From Polyangiaceae bacterium (GTDB lineage Bacteria; Myxococcota_A; Polyangia; Polyangiales; Polyangiaceae), in contig JBNKBE010000015.1 of NCBI GenBank assembly GCA_050287085.1, positions 64,001-128,000 on the forward strand: a stretch of DNA of 64,000 nucleotides, in the 5' to 3' direction. The position numbers and the translations under genes are program-made. This document shows, in pieces, positions 19,281 to 30,306 of the stretch. Position 1 is the stretch's first letter, and the number at the start of each line of letters is the position of its first letter. The notes beneath the pieces are model-generated. The model had not been told where the DNA came from and ran no database searches. It saw only the letters and a program-made list of their open reading frames with translations.

Positions 19281-20351
19281 TCAGCTCTGGGTGCGATGGA
19301 AAGCACGGCGCCGCGTCAACCCCGCAGCCAATGCGAGCCCAACGACCGCCCAGCTCCAGGCCATGCCCGAACCTGCTCCCGGGACGCTGCTGCAGCCGCC
19401 CGCGGAGCCTGACCGATCGTCGGGAGCCACGCCAGCACCACCACTAGGAGCACCGGCCCCCGCCCCACCTGCAGCCGTTGCCATCCCGGCGCTCCCTGAG
19501 ACGGGCGGATCTGTCCCCGGTGCGCCGGCGACAGGCGAGTCATCGGTTGCATCAAATGGCGCGGCCCCCTCGGAGCCAAGCGCATCGTCCGGCGTCAACG
19601 ACAGTACCGCATAGCCGTTGATGAAGGTCACATTGCCCGGGGCGTGCTTTGAGAGGCCCTTCGGTGACTCCCAATTGGCCGTGGCCCAACCGGAGGGTTT
19701 CGTCGTGCCGTTGAAATCCTCACGCCACTCGAGCTTGAAAGCGCCGTCAGCATAGGAAGAGTACTGAACCCAGTTGATGTACTCGTGAACCGGCAGGATC
19801 GCCGGGTCAAAATTCCCACCAAAGCTGGCATCTCCCGGCCAGATGTTGAAGCGGATCTGCATCCCGTTCGCGGCATTCTCCGCGTAAGCCGCCGCAACAT
19901 CCCCGACCTCTCGACGAATCTCCACCCCATCAATGAACCAGGCGATGTACTCTGGCGTCCACTCATAGGTGTAGGTGTGGAACACTCCGCACAGGTCCTC
20001 GGTTCCATCGTAGGTCGCGTTGTGGGTCGCTTGAGGCAACCCGTATAGCGCGTTGGTCTCGAGCTCGCAGTTTGCCCGTAGCTTCTCGAAGTCTAGCTCG
20101 TTCCAGAACACCGAGGACTGTTCAGAGCCGTCCTTCCACATGAAGAACGAGCTCACCACACCATCACCCGCGGCGAATTGGACGCGCGCGTCAATGCGGC
20201 CGAATGAATAGCCTTTCGAGGTGTAGAGCTCCGCGCTGCTGACGGCGCCCGCCGAGCTGGCCACCAGAAGGGCAGCGAGCGCCGAACCAGAAGCTAGGAG
20301 GCTAGCAACCTTATGCGAAGCGTTTGATCGAATCATACTAACTGGAGTCAT
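19281..20351 (-). CDS. GH16 beta-glucanase (lichenase-like) with MYXO-CTERM anchor
   Basis: Signal peptide, 'SAELYT', catalytic 'WNELDFEK' (ExDxE), 'FHTYTYEWTP', C-terminal 'GGC...TM...RRR'. Confidence 0.9.
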   Translation of the reverse strand: MTPVSMIRSNASHKVASLLASGSALAALLVASSAGAVSSAELYTSKGYSFGRIDARVQFAAGDGVVSSFFMWKDGSEQSSVFWNELDFEKLRANCELETNALYGLPQATHNATYDGTEDLCGVFHTYTYEWTPEYIAWFIDGVEIRREVGDVAAAYAENAANGMQIRFNIWPGDASFGGNFDPAILPVHEYINWVQYSSYADGAFKLEWREDFNGTTKPSGWATANWESPKGLSKHAPGNVTFINGYAVLSLTPDDALGSEGAAPFDATDDSPVAGAPGTDPPVSGSAGMATAAGGAGAGAPSGGAGVAPDDRSGSAGGCSSVPGAGSGMAWSWAVVGLALAAGLTRRRAFHRTQS

Positions 20352-20365
20352 CCGGCACCTTTCAT

Positions 20366-21685
20366 TCAAAGTAGTACTGGGCGCTGCCGACGACGGCGGC
20401 CCACCAAGCTCAACAACGCGCCGAGGAATGCGGCGCTCAGAATCAGCCCAACGCGCTGCGGAGCGCGCGACCCGACGCTCTGGCATCCGCCACCACCGTC
20501 GTCGCCCGGGTCGCCCACAAACCCGGGCGCACCCGCCAGGGAAGGAGCGCCGGCGGACTGTGCACCGGCGCTGGGGCCACTGACTTCACCCATTTGGCCA
20601 GCGGCTCCCCCGGCTGCGCCATCCCCGCTTGTACCGGCGGGTGCCGGTGGATCACCCACTCCGGCCACGCCGCCCGCGGCGGCGCCTGCCACTCCACCCG
20701 CGCCGGCTCCACCACCAGCTCCGCCTACGCCAGCTCCGCCTACGCCAGCTCCACCCGCGCCAGCGCCCGCTGCTGCCATGCCCGCGGCGCCCGAATCCCC
20801 ACTGCCTGAACTCCCCCCTTCAGCGATGCTTCCCTCTCCGCCACCACCCGGGTCAGTCATGCCGCCACCGGCGCCGCCTCCCGCGGGGTCGTCGGGATCC
20901 ATGGGAGCCATGCCCTCAAAACCGGTGGCGTTATCTGCCGTAAGCGCAAGCACAGCATAGCCATCCCTGAAGACGACATTGGCCTGGTTGTGGGTGGAGC
21001 GCCCCTTGGGAGAATCCCAATTTGCGGTCGCCCACCCCGAAGGCATGGCGTTGTTGTCGAAGTCCTCGCGCCACTGCAACTGGAACTCCCCGTTGGAGTA
21101 GGCCGAGAACTGGACCCAGTTGACGAACTGATAAACCGGCAAGTTATCGGGGTTGAAGTTGCCCCCGAAGGTTTCGTCCCCAGGCCACACATTAAAGTGC
21201 AAGCGCAGTCCACCCGCGACGTTGTCCCGAAAAGCCGCCGCCGTGTCCCCCACCTCTCGTCTGACTTCGGTATCGTCAACGAACCAGGCAATGTAATCCG
21301 GGGTCCATTCGTACGCGTAGGTGTGAAACTCGCCGCATAGGTCGCCCCGGCCATCGACGCTCGTATTGTGCGACGCCTCCGGATTGCCAAAGAGTGCATT
21401 GGACTCAAGACCGCAATCCAGCCCCACCTTCTCAAAGTCCAGCTCGTTCCAGAAGACTCCGGGGGTTTCTGACCCTTCCTTCCAGAGAAAGAAGGAGCCG
21501 ATTATTCCGTCCCCTGCAGCGAAGCGTAGTCGCGCCTCAAAGCGGCCGTAGCCATAGGCGTTTGTTGTGTATAGTTCTCCGCTGGTCACCGCATAAGCAG
21601 GTAACGGCAAACTTGCGCCGAGCGCACACACGTACCCTAAGACCCTGAGCGGGTTGTTGTTCACACGCCTTCGGAGTATTCGCAT
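20366..21685 (-). CDS. GH16 beta-glucanase paralog with long Gly/Ala linker and MYXO-CTERM anchor
   Basis: 'SGELYT', 'WNELDFEK', 'FHTYAYEWTP', C-terminal 'GGGCQS...TM...RRRR'. Colinear with the adjacent GH16. Confidence 0.9.
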   Translation of the reverse strand: MRILRRRVNNNPLRVLGYVCALGASLPLPAYAVTSGELYTTNAYGYGRFEARLRFAAGDGIIGSFFLWKEGSETPGVFWNELDFEKVGLDCGLESNALFGNPEASHNTSVDGRGDLCGEFHTYAYEWTPDYIAWFVDDTEVRREVGDTAAAFRDNVAGGLRLHFNVWPGDETFGGNFNPDNLPVYQFVNWVQFSAYSNGEFQLQWREDFDNNAMPSGWATANWDSPKGRSTHNQANVVFRDGYAVLALTADNATGFEGMAPMDPDDPAGGGAGGGMTDPGGGGEGSIAEGGSSGSGDSGAAGMAAAGAGAGGAGVGGAGVGGAGGGAGAGGVAGAAAGGVAGVGDPPAPAGTSGDGAAGGAAGQMGEVSGPSAGAQSAGAPSLAGAPGFVGDPGDDGGGGCQSVGSRAPQRVGLILSAAFLGALLSLVGRRRRQRPVLL

Positions 21686-21929
21686 TTGGTACTTGACCTT
21701 CCTTTGGTGCACCAAGTCGGGACACCTGGACCCACCGACAACAGCGGTCGTCGACGTCTCAGCAGGATGCACTGCCACAGGCCCCGAAGTTCGCATTTCT
21801 TGGGAAACACTCTAGGCTACGATTGCTGAGCCATTCCCCGAAGGTCGGAAGTCCTACAATGCAGCGGGCCCGCGTTGCAACGCCCCACCCTATCACCCAC
21901 TGCGCCGTTGTCCAACGCACTATTCGCCC

Positions 21930-22790
21930 GTGTCCGCTCCCATCTTGCACCAGAGCTTTCTGCCCCTCGGCCCCAACGCGGTAGACGCCTACGTCTGGAA
22001 GTTCTCCCTCGAGCATCGCGGACGCCGTCCTCGGCACTTCCACGTCGAGCCGGAGCTCAATCTCGTCGTCAGCGGTTGGGTGGAGTTCGGGGTCGGCGAG
22101 TCGGTTGTCAGAGCGTCAAAGGGTGAGCTCGTGGGCTTCCCGGCTGGGCAGGACCACGCGCTGCTCGCCACCTCGCCTGACGTCTTTCTCTTCGCCGTTG
22201 GGCTCAGCCCGCACTTGGCCTCCCAGGTCCTGGGAGCCTCAGTCGGAGAGGTTGCCGTCCCGCTGCACCTCAGGCTGAAGCCCCAGGAGCTCACGACGCT
22301 CACACGCAAAGCAGAGCTGGCGGTGGAACGCAGTGGCATTGAGCAGCCCTGCGCTGAACTGTGGGAGCAAGTCCATTGGCTAGGCCGTCACCGTCCCACC
22401 GGAAGGAGAGGTCCTCTCCACGCGTTGACGCAGAGAGCGCTGCAGGCCGTCGCTGAATCGCCGGAGCTCGGCCTGGAGGCCATTGCGCAACAAGCACGGG
22501 CCAATCCTTCGGAACTCAGTCGCTACTTCCACAGAGATCTGGGAATGACCTTCGTCCGCTATCGGACTCGCCTGCGCTTGCTGCGCTTCATCGAACTCAT
22601 CGAGCAGGATAGGGGGACGTGGGGCAGCGCGGCCATTGCCGCCGGGTTTGGCTCCTACTCGCAATGCCATCGCACTTTCCAGGCCGATATGGGCTGCTCT
22701 CCTCGCGACTTCTTCAAGGGCATCAAGCATGAAATGCAGCTCGCCTACGACGACGACGGGCTGGAGGTACCAACGCCCGCCGGGAACTAG
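21930..22790 (+). CDS. AraC family transcriptional regulator
   Basis: Cupin 'HFHVEPELNLV' and HTH 'LSRYFHRDLG...AGFGSYSQCHRTF...G.SP'. Divergent from the GH16 pair. Confidence 0.92.
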   Translation: MSAPILHQSFLPLGPNAVDAYVWKFSLEHRGRRPRHFHVEPELNLVVSGWVEFGVGESVVRASKGELVGFPAGQDHALLATSPDVFLFAVGLSPHLASQVLGASVGEVAVPLHLRLKPQELTTLTRKAELAVERSGIEQPCAELWEQVHWLGRHRPTGRRGPLHALTQRALQAVAESPELGLEAIAQQARANPSELSRYFHRDLGMTFVRYRTRLRLLRFIELIEQDRGTWGSAAIAAGFGSYSQCHRTFQADMGCSPRDFFKGIKHEMQLAYDDDGLEVPTPAGN

Positions 22791-22833
22791 AGTGGCTCCC
22801 GGCGGCGAGACTTCCGCGTAGACCCGGTCGGGC

Positions 22834-23592
22834 TCATTGCGCTGGAATCTTGTACGCGTCCGCCATCAGATCGATCCCACATTCGAGGTTCTCGACCCAA
22901 TCGATGAACTGCCCGACGAGCTCCTTACCGCGAAACAGTGCCCCGTGCTGAGGTGCGATGATCTCAATATCCAACTGCCTGGCGAGCCCTGCCCACGCTC
23001 GCATCGCCTTGTTGCACGACATGTAGCGCTGATGAAAACCCAGCAGGTGCTCCACGTGCGCGTCAAAATCACTCACTTCGCGGTAGTCCGCTGACACACT
23101 CGCCCCCAAGTCGCCACTATAGAGAATCTTGGATACGGGGTCATAAACATGAAGGTTGCCGCAAGAGTGTAGGAAGTGCGCAGGCAAAATGTATAGCTCT
23201 GTGCCTCCGAGCAAGAGCCGCTGCCCTTCATCCGGCACCGCCTTGAGCCGCTCGGCCACCAGATTGTCGAGGCCGAAGTGAGGAATGAATCGAGTCCACA
23301 GACTGGGCGCCAGAGCCACTGCGTCAGTGGTCATCAACCAGCCATTGACCGCCGCTACGATGTCAGGATCTTGATGCGAAAGGAAGACGTAGCTCAGCTT
23401 CGCCGCCCCCAAGAGACCCGTCGTTTCGGAAAGCACCTTGCTGTAAATCTTGTGCCCGCCGGGGTCGAGGATCATGCCCTCGTCCCCATGCACGATCAGG
23501 TGCTGATTGGTGGAAACAGCTTGCCCTTGATCGAGGAGTGGAAGGAGCACGTTCCTATGCCCACTGTCCTCAAATAGTATCGTCGAACTCAT
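22834..23592 (-). CDS. ODP-type oxygen-binding di-iron protein (MBL fold, stand-alone)
   Basis: AAGGAG RBS, 'NQHLI...ILDPGG', 'SHQDPD', 'PAHFLHS.GN', 'YSGDLG', 'FHQRYM', 'IAPQHG'. No flavodoxin domain. Confidence 0.85.
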   Translation of the reverse strand: MSSTILFEDSGHRNVLLPLLDQGQAVSTNQHLIVHGDEGMILDPGGHKIYSKVLSETTGLLGAAKLSYVFLSHQDPDIVAAVNGWLMTTDAVALAPSLWTRFIPHFGLDNLVAERLKAVPDEGQRLLLGGTELYILPAHFLHSCGNLHVYDPVSKILYSGDLGASVSADYREVSDFDAHVEHLLGFHQRYMSCNKAMRAWAGLARQLDIEIIAPQHGALFRGKELVGQFIDWVENLECGIDLMADAYKIPAQ

Positions 23593-23623
23593 CGTCATCT
23601 CCTTAGAACCGGTCGTGACCACG

Positions 23624-24148
23624 TCATAGCCCTCCGCGCGAAAGCTCAGCCGCCAGCAGACGCAGAACGGCAGACTTTGACGCGCCGTCGAGGGGCCGCT
23701 CCGCCACGGCAGCGAATAGAAAAACCTGCTCGCTGCGAGTGAAGAAGAACGCGCTGACCCAACCCCTTGCAAGCTCCGTACAAATCACCGACGAGTCTCG
23801 CCCCTCAAGCTGACTGGCCTGTTCCAAACCCACCATCAGTCGCGCCCCCATGGCCTGAGCTTGCTCGGTCTCCACATCACCGCAGACAGCAATGAGCAAT
23901 CCTTCGTTGCCCAGGACAAACGTCGAACTAGCCTCCAACTCTCGTCTACACTCCGCAACGAGACGCTCCCAGCCACTGCTCTCTTTCGTGTCGCCAGTTG
24001 CCGTTGGGGCCGCGCGCCGGCGAACCCGTACGTAGGGCGACACAAGCGGCGACTTCGAGCCGCCGGCGGACGCCCCTCCACACAATTGGCGCGTCAGCTG
24101 GCGCGCCATCTCGAGGTCAAAGTAGCGATCGCAACGGTCTGTTGACAT
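23624..24148 (-). CDS. Divergent Roadblock/LC7-like protein with N-terminal extension
   Basis: AGGAG RBS inside parA. 'FVLGNEGLLIA...AQAMGARL' helix-strand pattern resembles Roadblock 'xxxGLxIA'. Confidence 0.55.
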   Translation of the reverse strand: MSTDRCDRYFDLEMARQLTRQLCGGASAGGSKSPLVSPYVRVRRRAAPTATGDTKESSGWERLVAECRRELEASSTFVLGNEGLLIAVCGDVETEQAQAMGARLMVGLEQASQLEGRDSSVICTELARGWVSAFFFTRSEQVFLFAAVAERPLDGASKSAVLRLLAAELSRGGL

Positions 24149-24932
24149 CGTTGTCTCCTGTATCGGTCATGTCGGCCATCAAGGTTTCGACTTCAGAGGC
24201 GAGCACGTCAAAACGCCTCGCTTCTGGACTCGTGCGCCCCGGCAGAAATGCCAAGGGGACGCCATGTAGACTCGCCGTCTGAAACACCGAAGCGCGCGGT
24301 ATGGTTGTGTCGAGCACGCCCTCAAAGCCCGTCCAAAGTTCAGCCATGACGCTCTGAGATGCTTCGTCGTTCCGGTCGACCATCGTCGGTAAAATGCCGA
24401 GCAACTTGAACGAAGGATTCTCCGTCTGCGCCACGTTCGACACCACCCTCAACGCCTGCACGGTCGAGCGCAGTGCTAGCGGCTCCGCCTGAAAAGGAAT
24501 CAACCCAAACTCCGCGTTCCGCATCGCCGCGCGGGTAGGCATCCCCAGCCCCGAGGGCGTATCCATGACTATGAGATCGTAGTCGTCCTGCACGCCCCCC
24601 AAAACACGGCGCAGCGTCTCGCCCTCGAAAAGTTCCAGCTCGAACTCGCATACGTCTACGGGATCGAGGCGTCCGCGTGCAAGCAGGGTGAGGTTGGCGA
24701 TCTTGGTGGGCGTTAGTGCCTCCGAAAGCGGAACGACTCCGGCCAACACGTCCGCAAGTCCAAGCAGCTCCGCGTCGCCACGTGCAAGCGCCAAACCGAT
24801 GCCGCCCTGGGGATCTAGATCAACCAACAAGGTCCGATGCCCCCTCTTGGCAAGGGCCAACGCAAGGTTGAGGGAAACAGTAGTCTTGCCAGTCCCCCCC
24901 TTCTGACTGAGCACAACAATCTTGTCTGTCAT
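24117..24932 (-). CDS. ParA/MinD family ATPase (orphan, no parB)
   Basis: Deviant Walker A 'QKGGTGKTT', 'VDLDPQG', 'DLIVMDTP', 'LLGILPTM'. Confidence 0.92.
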   Translation of the reverse strand: MTDKIVVLSQKGGTGKTTVSLNLALALAKRGHRTLLVDLDPQGGIGLALARGDAELLGLADVLAGVVPLSEALTPTKIANLTLLARGRLDPVDVCEFELELFEGETLRRVLGGVQDDYDLIVMDTPSGLGMPTRAAMRNAEFGLIPFQAEPLALRSTVQALRVVSNVAQTENPSFKLLGILPTMVDRNDEASQSVMAELWTGFEGVLDTTIPRASVFQTASLHGVPLAFLPGRTSPEARRFDVLASEVETLMADMTDTGDNDVNRPLRSLL

Positions 24933-24948
24933 CGAGGCTACTCCTAGG

Positions 24949-25914
24949 CTATTCAGCCACTTCTCTATGCTCGGACTCTGGGGGCAGCTCGACCCCAAGC
25001 TCACCAAGGCGCCGCAGATTGGCTCGCACTCGGCCGTCGTGGGGACGTAGAGCGGCCGCCTCGGTGAAGCTGCGCAGGGCCTGCTCATAGCTACGGCTTA
25101 ACAAGGCATCGACACCCGACTCCCAGGCTCGCTCGAACTGCACATCCTCAGCCGTCATGAATGTGCTCAATTCCGGCTCACTCTCCGGAACGGCATCATC
25201 GTCCGACGAATGGGGGAATGGCTTGCGGCCCGACGCCTCGAATCGCTTCTCCTCGTCCATGCGTCTAACCGCGTCAAGCAGCAGCACTTCCCAGCCCTTG
25301 TCGATGTTGATCTGCTCGGGACAGGACACAATCGACGCACAGGCGACGCGTGCGTCGTCCGCGAATGCCAGCCGGCAAAAGGCAGCTTCGCCTGCACCGT
25401 CTTCGTCTGCAGCGGCCACGACCTGACCTTTCCACACCTCAATACGTCCCAGCGGCTTTCCCTGTTTGGTGACGCGAAGTACTACCGAGTGATTGCCCAT
25501 GCACGCCAGCTGCAGGTAGTCGGTCACCCCAAAAGGACCCCCTTTGGGTTCGCCACCACCACCAATGCGCGACTGAACCACTTCTCGTAGCCGCTTCAGG
25601 GACACCGGCTTCTCGAGAACATCCACATCCGCGTGTTGTGGTATTTGCGACCGGTATGCTCTCAAGTACCCAGTAACGAAGACGACTGGCACGTGGAGTC
25701 CACGTCGCCCGAACTCGCCCAACAGCTCCAAACCGGAGCGCCCCGGCAAGTCGATATCCGACACGACAACATCCGGCGGGCTGCCGTCGATGACGCGCAC
25801 CGCGTCGTCAACTGTAGCACAGTCAGTCACTGTGACTCCGGGGAGCTTTCCAAGGCCCTTAGCCATGGTAAGCCGAAGCATATGCTCGTCCTCTAGGATC
25901 AATACTCGTGTCAC
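24949..25914 (-). CDS. Response regulator: REC + PATAN/DUF4388-like + C-terminal TPR-like helix pair
   Basis: 'LILEDE...VVSDIDLPGRSG...FVTG...KP', 'DYLQLACM...GRI....GQVVAA...GEAAF.RL...LLLDAVRRMDE', 'YEQALRSF.EA..LRP.D'. Confidence 0.85.
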   Translation of the reverse strand: MTRVLILEDEHMLRLTMAKGLGKLPGVTVTDCATVDDAVRVIDGSPPDVVVSDIDLPGRSGLELLGEFGRRGLHVPVVFVTGYLRAYRSQIPQHADVDVLEKPVSLKRLREVVQSRIGGGGEPKGGPFGVTDYLQLACMGNHSVVLRVTKQGKPLGRIEVWKGQVVAAADEDGAGEAAFCRLAFADDARVACASIVSCPEQINIDKGWEVLLLDAVRRMDEEKRFEASGRKPFPHSSDDDAVPESEPELSTFMTAEDVQFERAWESGVDALLSRSYEQALRSFTEAAALRPHDGRVRANLRRLGELGVELPPESEHREVAE

Positions 25915-25934
25915 CGCTTCGCCCTAACGTTTCG

Positions 25935-26300
25935 CTAAAGAATCTTATTTATCTCCCTCACCGCTCCGTCCATGTCCAAGAATATCAGTCCGAGTTTCGC
26001 GTCAGCGCTCGTCAGCACCAACAACATGGTACCCTGGGACGCGGTCCGCGTCACAGCAAATCCATTTTCCCCACGAATCAGGACCTGCCTCAACTCACCA
26101 CGCTCCAACTCGGTGGCCGCTCGAGTCCCTAGACTCAGTAGCGTCGAGCTCATTCCTGCGATCCGCATCTCGTCGACATGCTGTGGCAGTGCGCTGGCGA
26201 TCATCAGGCCATCGTCGGAAATGAGCGCGCTGGCTTCGATGTCGGGCGTTCCACTCTGTAGCGCCCTTAGTATTCTATTCAGTTCGTCTGTACGCGACAT
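25935..26300 (-). CDS. Roadblock/LC7 (MglB-like) protein
   Basis: 'IEASALISDDGLMIAS', 'ELERGELRQVLIRGENG', 'AKLGLIFLDM'. Confidence 0.92.
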   Translation of the reverse strand: MSRTDELNRILRALQSGTPDIEASALISDDGLMIASALPQHVDEMRIAGMSSTLLSLGTRAATELERGELRQVLIRGENGFAVTRTASQGTMLLVLTSADAKLGLIFLDMDGAVREINKIL

Positions 26301-26303
26301 GTT

Positions 26304-27383
26304 CTATTCCACTGCTTGGGTTGTTCTCTTCTTCAGCTTGAAGTCATGATTCGAGTCTGAACGTCGCATAGCGACTCCCCCTATTGGGATCGTAAGACGA
26401 ATCACCGTACCGCGCCCCAGCTCCGTATCTATGTCGAGTTGACCCCTGGTGGAGGTGACCGCGCTCAACACCAAGGTCAGCCCAATGCCGGAGCCCTTAG
26501 CCTTGGTCGTGTAGAAGAGATTGCAACACCGGGCGCGACTCTCCTCGCTCATTCCACAGCCCGTATCACTCACCTCGATTCTTAACTCTTGAGCGTTGCT
26601 GTCGAAGCTGGCTCTGAGCGCAACCTCGTCGCCGGGTTCGCAGGCGTGCAGCGCATTGGTCATGAGATTGAAGACGACCCCGCGCAACACCGCAGCGTCC
26701 AGAGGCAGCAGCGGCATACCCCCGACTTCGCAGCGAAGCTTGATGCCCTGCTCTTGGGCGCGTCTCGTAAATACGCGATGCACTTCCTGAAGAGCGTAGT
26801 CTATCGCTTGATTCCGATTCGAAGGAAGCTCGCGCCCCCCCGACCCCAATCCGTCGAGGGTCAAGCTCATGCGTCGAATCTCAGTCAAGACTGCATGAAG
26901 GTCAGCTTGCACTCGCCCCGCGGGCAGGTCTTCAAGGAGCAATTCAACAGCGGTTCCGACCGAGGCCAACGGGTTCTTCAACTCATGAAGAATCGCCGGA
27001 AGGGCTTCGGATACGGCGGCCATCCGCAACAAGCGGTCTCGCTCTTCTCGAAGTCGTTCGAGCTCGGTGACGTCCTCAAGCACCACGCTGACCCCTGCAT
27101 CGTCAGGAAGGCGACCGACAGAATAACCCAACACCGACCTCCGCCCAGAGGCAGCGGCAGCGTCCTCCTGAACGCCGCTATCCGCATTGTCCGCTACAGC
27201 CAAGAGCGCACTCATCGGAGCCACCAATTCTTCGATGTGCCCCCCCACGAGGTCTGCGATGGGACGAGCAAAGACCTTTGCGGCGCGCGCGCTCGCCTGC
27301 GTAACGGTTCCTGAAGCGTCGACCACCAGCACCGCAGCAGCGAGCGTTTCAAGCACCTGGCTTGAATTGAGGGAGGTGTTCAC
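26304..27383 (-). CDS. Cytoplasmic PAS-domain sensor histidine kinase
   Basis: PAS-like 'AVLVVDASG.V...S..A..VF', H-box 'HELKNPL', N-box 'NLMTNA', 'DTGCGM', 'FYTTK', 'GSGIGL'. No TM segment. Confidence 0.92.
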   Translation of the reverse strand: MNTSLNSSQVLETLAAAVLVVDASGTVTQASARAAKVFARPIADLVGGHIEELVAPMSALLAVADNADSGVQEDAAAASGRRSVLGYSVGRLPDDAGVSVVLEDVTELERLREERDRLLRMAAVSEALPAILHELKNPLASVGTAVELLLEDLPAGRVQADLHAVLTEIRRMSLTLDGLGSGGRELPSNRNQAIDYALQEVHRVFTRRAQEQGIKLRCEVGGMPLLPLDAAVLRGVVFNLMTNALHACEPGDEVALRASFDSNAQELRIEVSDTGCGMSEESRARCCNLFYTTKAKGSGIGLTLVLSAVTSTRGQLDIDTELGRGTVIRLTIPIGGVAMRRSDSNHDFKLKKRTTQAVE

Positions 27384-27880
27384 GAATCAGCACAATGACT
27401 CGCGGAGCGCCCCACGATAACCGAAAACTTTGCGTACAGCGAACCAGGCGCGCCCACTCCATACTTCTCACCGTTGCGCGTCGTCACTTCCTGCACCGCT
27501 GCACGACGTGCGTTCACTGGCTCCACATACCAGTCAAGAATGGTACGCTACGCACACGAGCAATACATGGAACAACAGATGTTCACACCCAAGGACAAGG
27601 TCTTTGGCATATCGTCCTCGCTCTTGGCCGGCAAAGGCTTCATGACCTAGGCTGGACCTACCCGGCGGCTGATCCATAAAACGCAAATAACTCGCCTTTG
27701 CTGACGCCCAAGCACTCCTGCTCGCTGCGGGCAGTCGGATGCACCAGAGCGCCCGCGAGCGCGCCCGCGACGGTACCGCGGCAAGAGCTCACTCCAGGGT
27801 CAACGAGCCACGCGCTGAGCGCGGAGAGAAAAACAGCGACGTTGGCGCTGCCCCTCAGACTGTGATAACTAACGATTCTG

Positions 27881-28285
27881 ATGTCGGATATTCCCGCCCT
27901 CACCCAGCCAGTTTCAATGATCATGACCACCGGGGACTTGGTCACGGTCGATTCGGAGGACGACGTTGCTGTCGTCCGCGCGATCTTTGCAGAAGGGCAC
28001 ATCAACCACATCCCCGTCTTGAGTGACGCTCGACGTCTCGTTGGCGTCGTGGCATCGGCCGATCTGCTCCAATTGGAGTCCAAGCTGGAGAGCTCGAGCG
28101 CCCGTGTCACCGTCGGTGAAATCATGACTCGCAACATCGAAACGGTTGACGCAACGACTGAGGTCCGTCGCGTCGCAGAGTTGCTCAGCCTGGGCACCTT
28201 TCATTCCGTGTTGGTGACCGACACCTCCGGCGAACTGCTCGGTATTGTCACCAGCGGCGACGTGCTCCGCGCCGTTCTGGCCTGA
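27881..28285 (+). CDS. Tandem CBS-domain protein
   Basis: 'VSMIMT...HIPV...LVGVVASADL' and 'VGEIMT...LLGIVTSGDVL'. Confidence 0.9.
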   Translation: MSDIPALTQPVSMIMTTGDLVTVDSEDDVAVVRAIFAEGHINHIPVLSDARRLVGVVASADLLQLESKLESSSARVTVGEIMTRNIETVDATTEVRRVAELLSLGTFHSVLVTDTSGELLGIVTSGDVLRAVLA

Positions 28286-28562
28286 GCTACCCGGCCCAGG
28301 GGTTCTCATCTAGCGGGCCCCTTTCCTGGCACGGGCTCGTCCGAGCTGTTGGGCCGGCACACGATGCAGACGACTCCCATTGCGCCGCGTTCGGCTCGGA
28401 GTCCAGTGCCCCCCGGTCGAAACGAGACCGGCGGCTGGGGCTTGCCTCTTCCGTCCGCGCTTACCGGCCCTGACCGTTTTGGCCGATCGCTCGTTGGGTC
28501 CGATCTGGCCTCGCACGTTGTCGGAAATGCGCCAGAAATCCGGTACAATCTATGGCCTGCTC

Positions 28563-30197
<1,635 letters not shown>

Positions 30198-30306
30198 CAG
30201 CCAATACCTCTCTGGCCCCGCCAGGGAAGCTGCTCGCCTCTCGACAGGGGCCAAGCGCTCGACGCACGCGCCGGCACCGGTGGAGAGCCCCAGCCAGAGC
30301 GAGCGC

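Noticed and set aside
24117..24932. parA as a chromosome or plasmid partition locus
   Set aside because: No parB and no parS-like palindrome noticed. It is embedded in a signalling operon.
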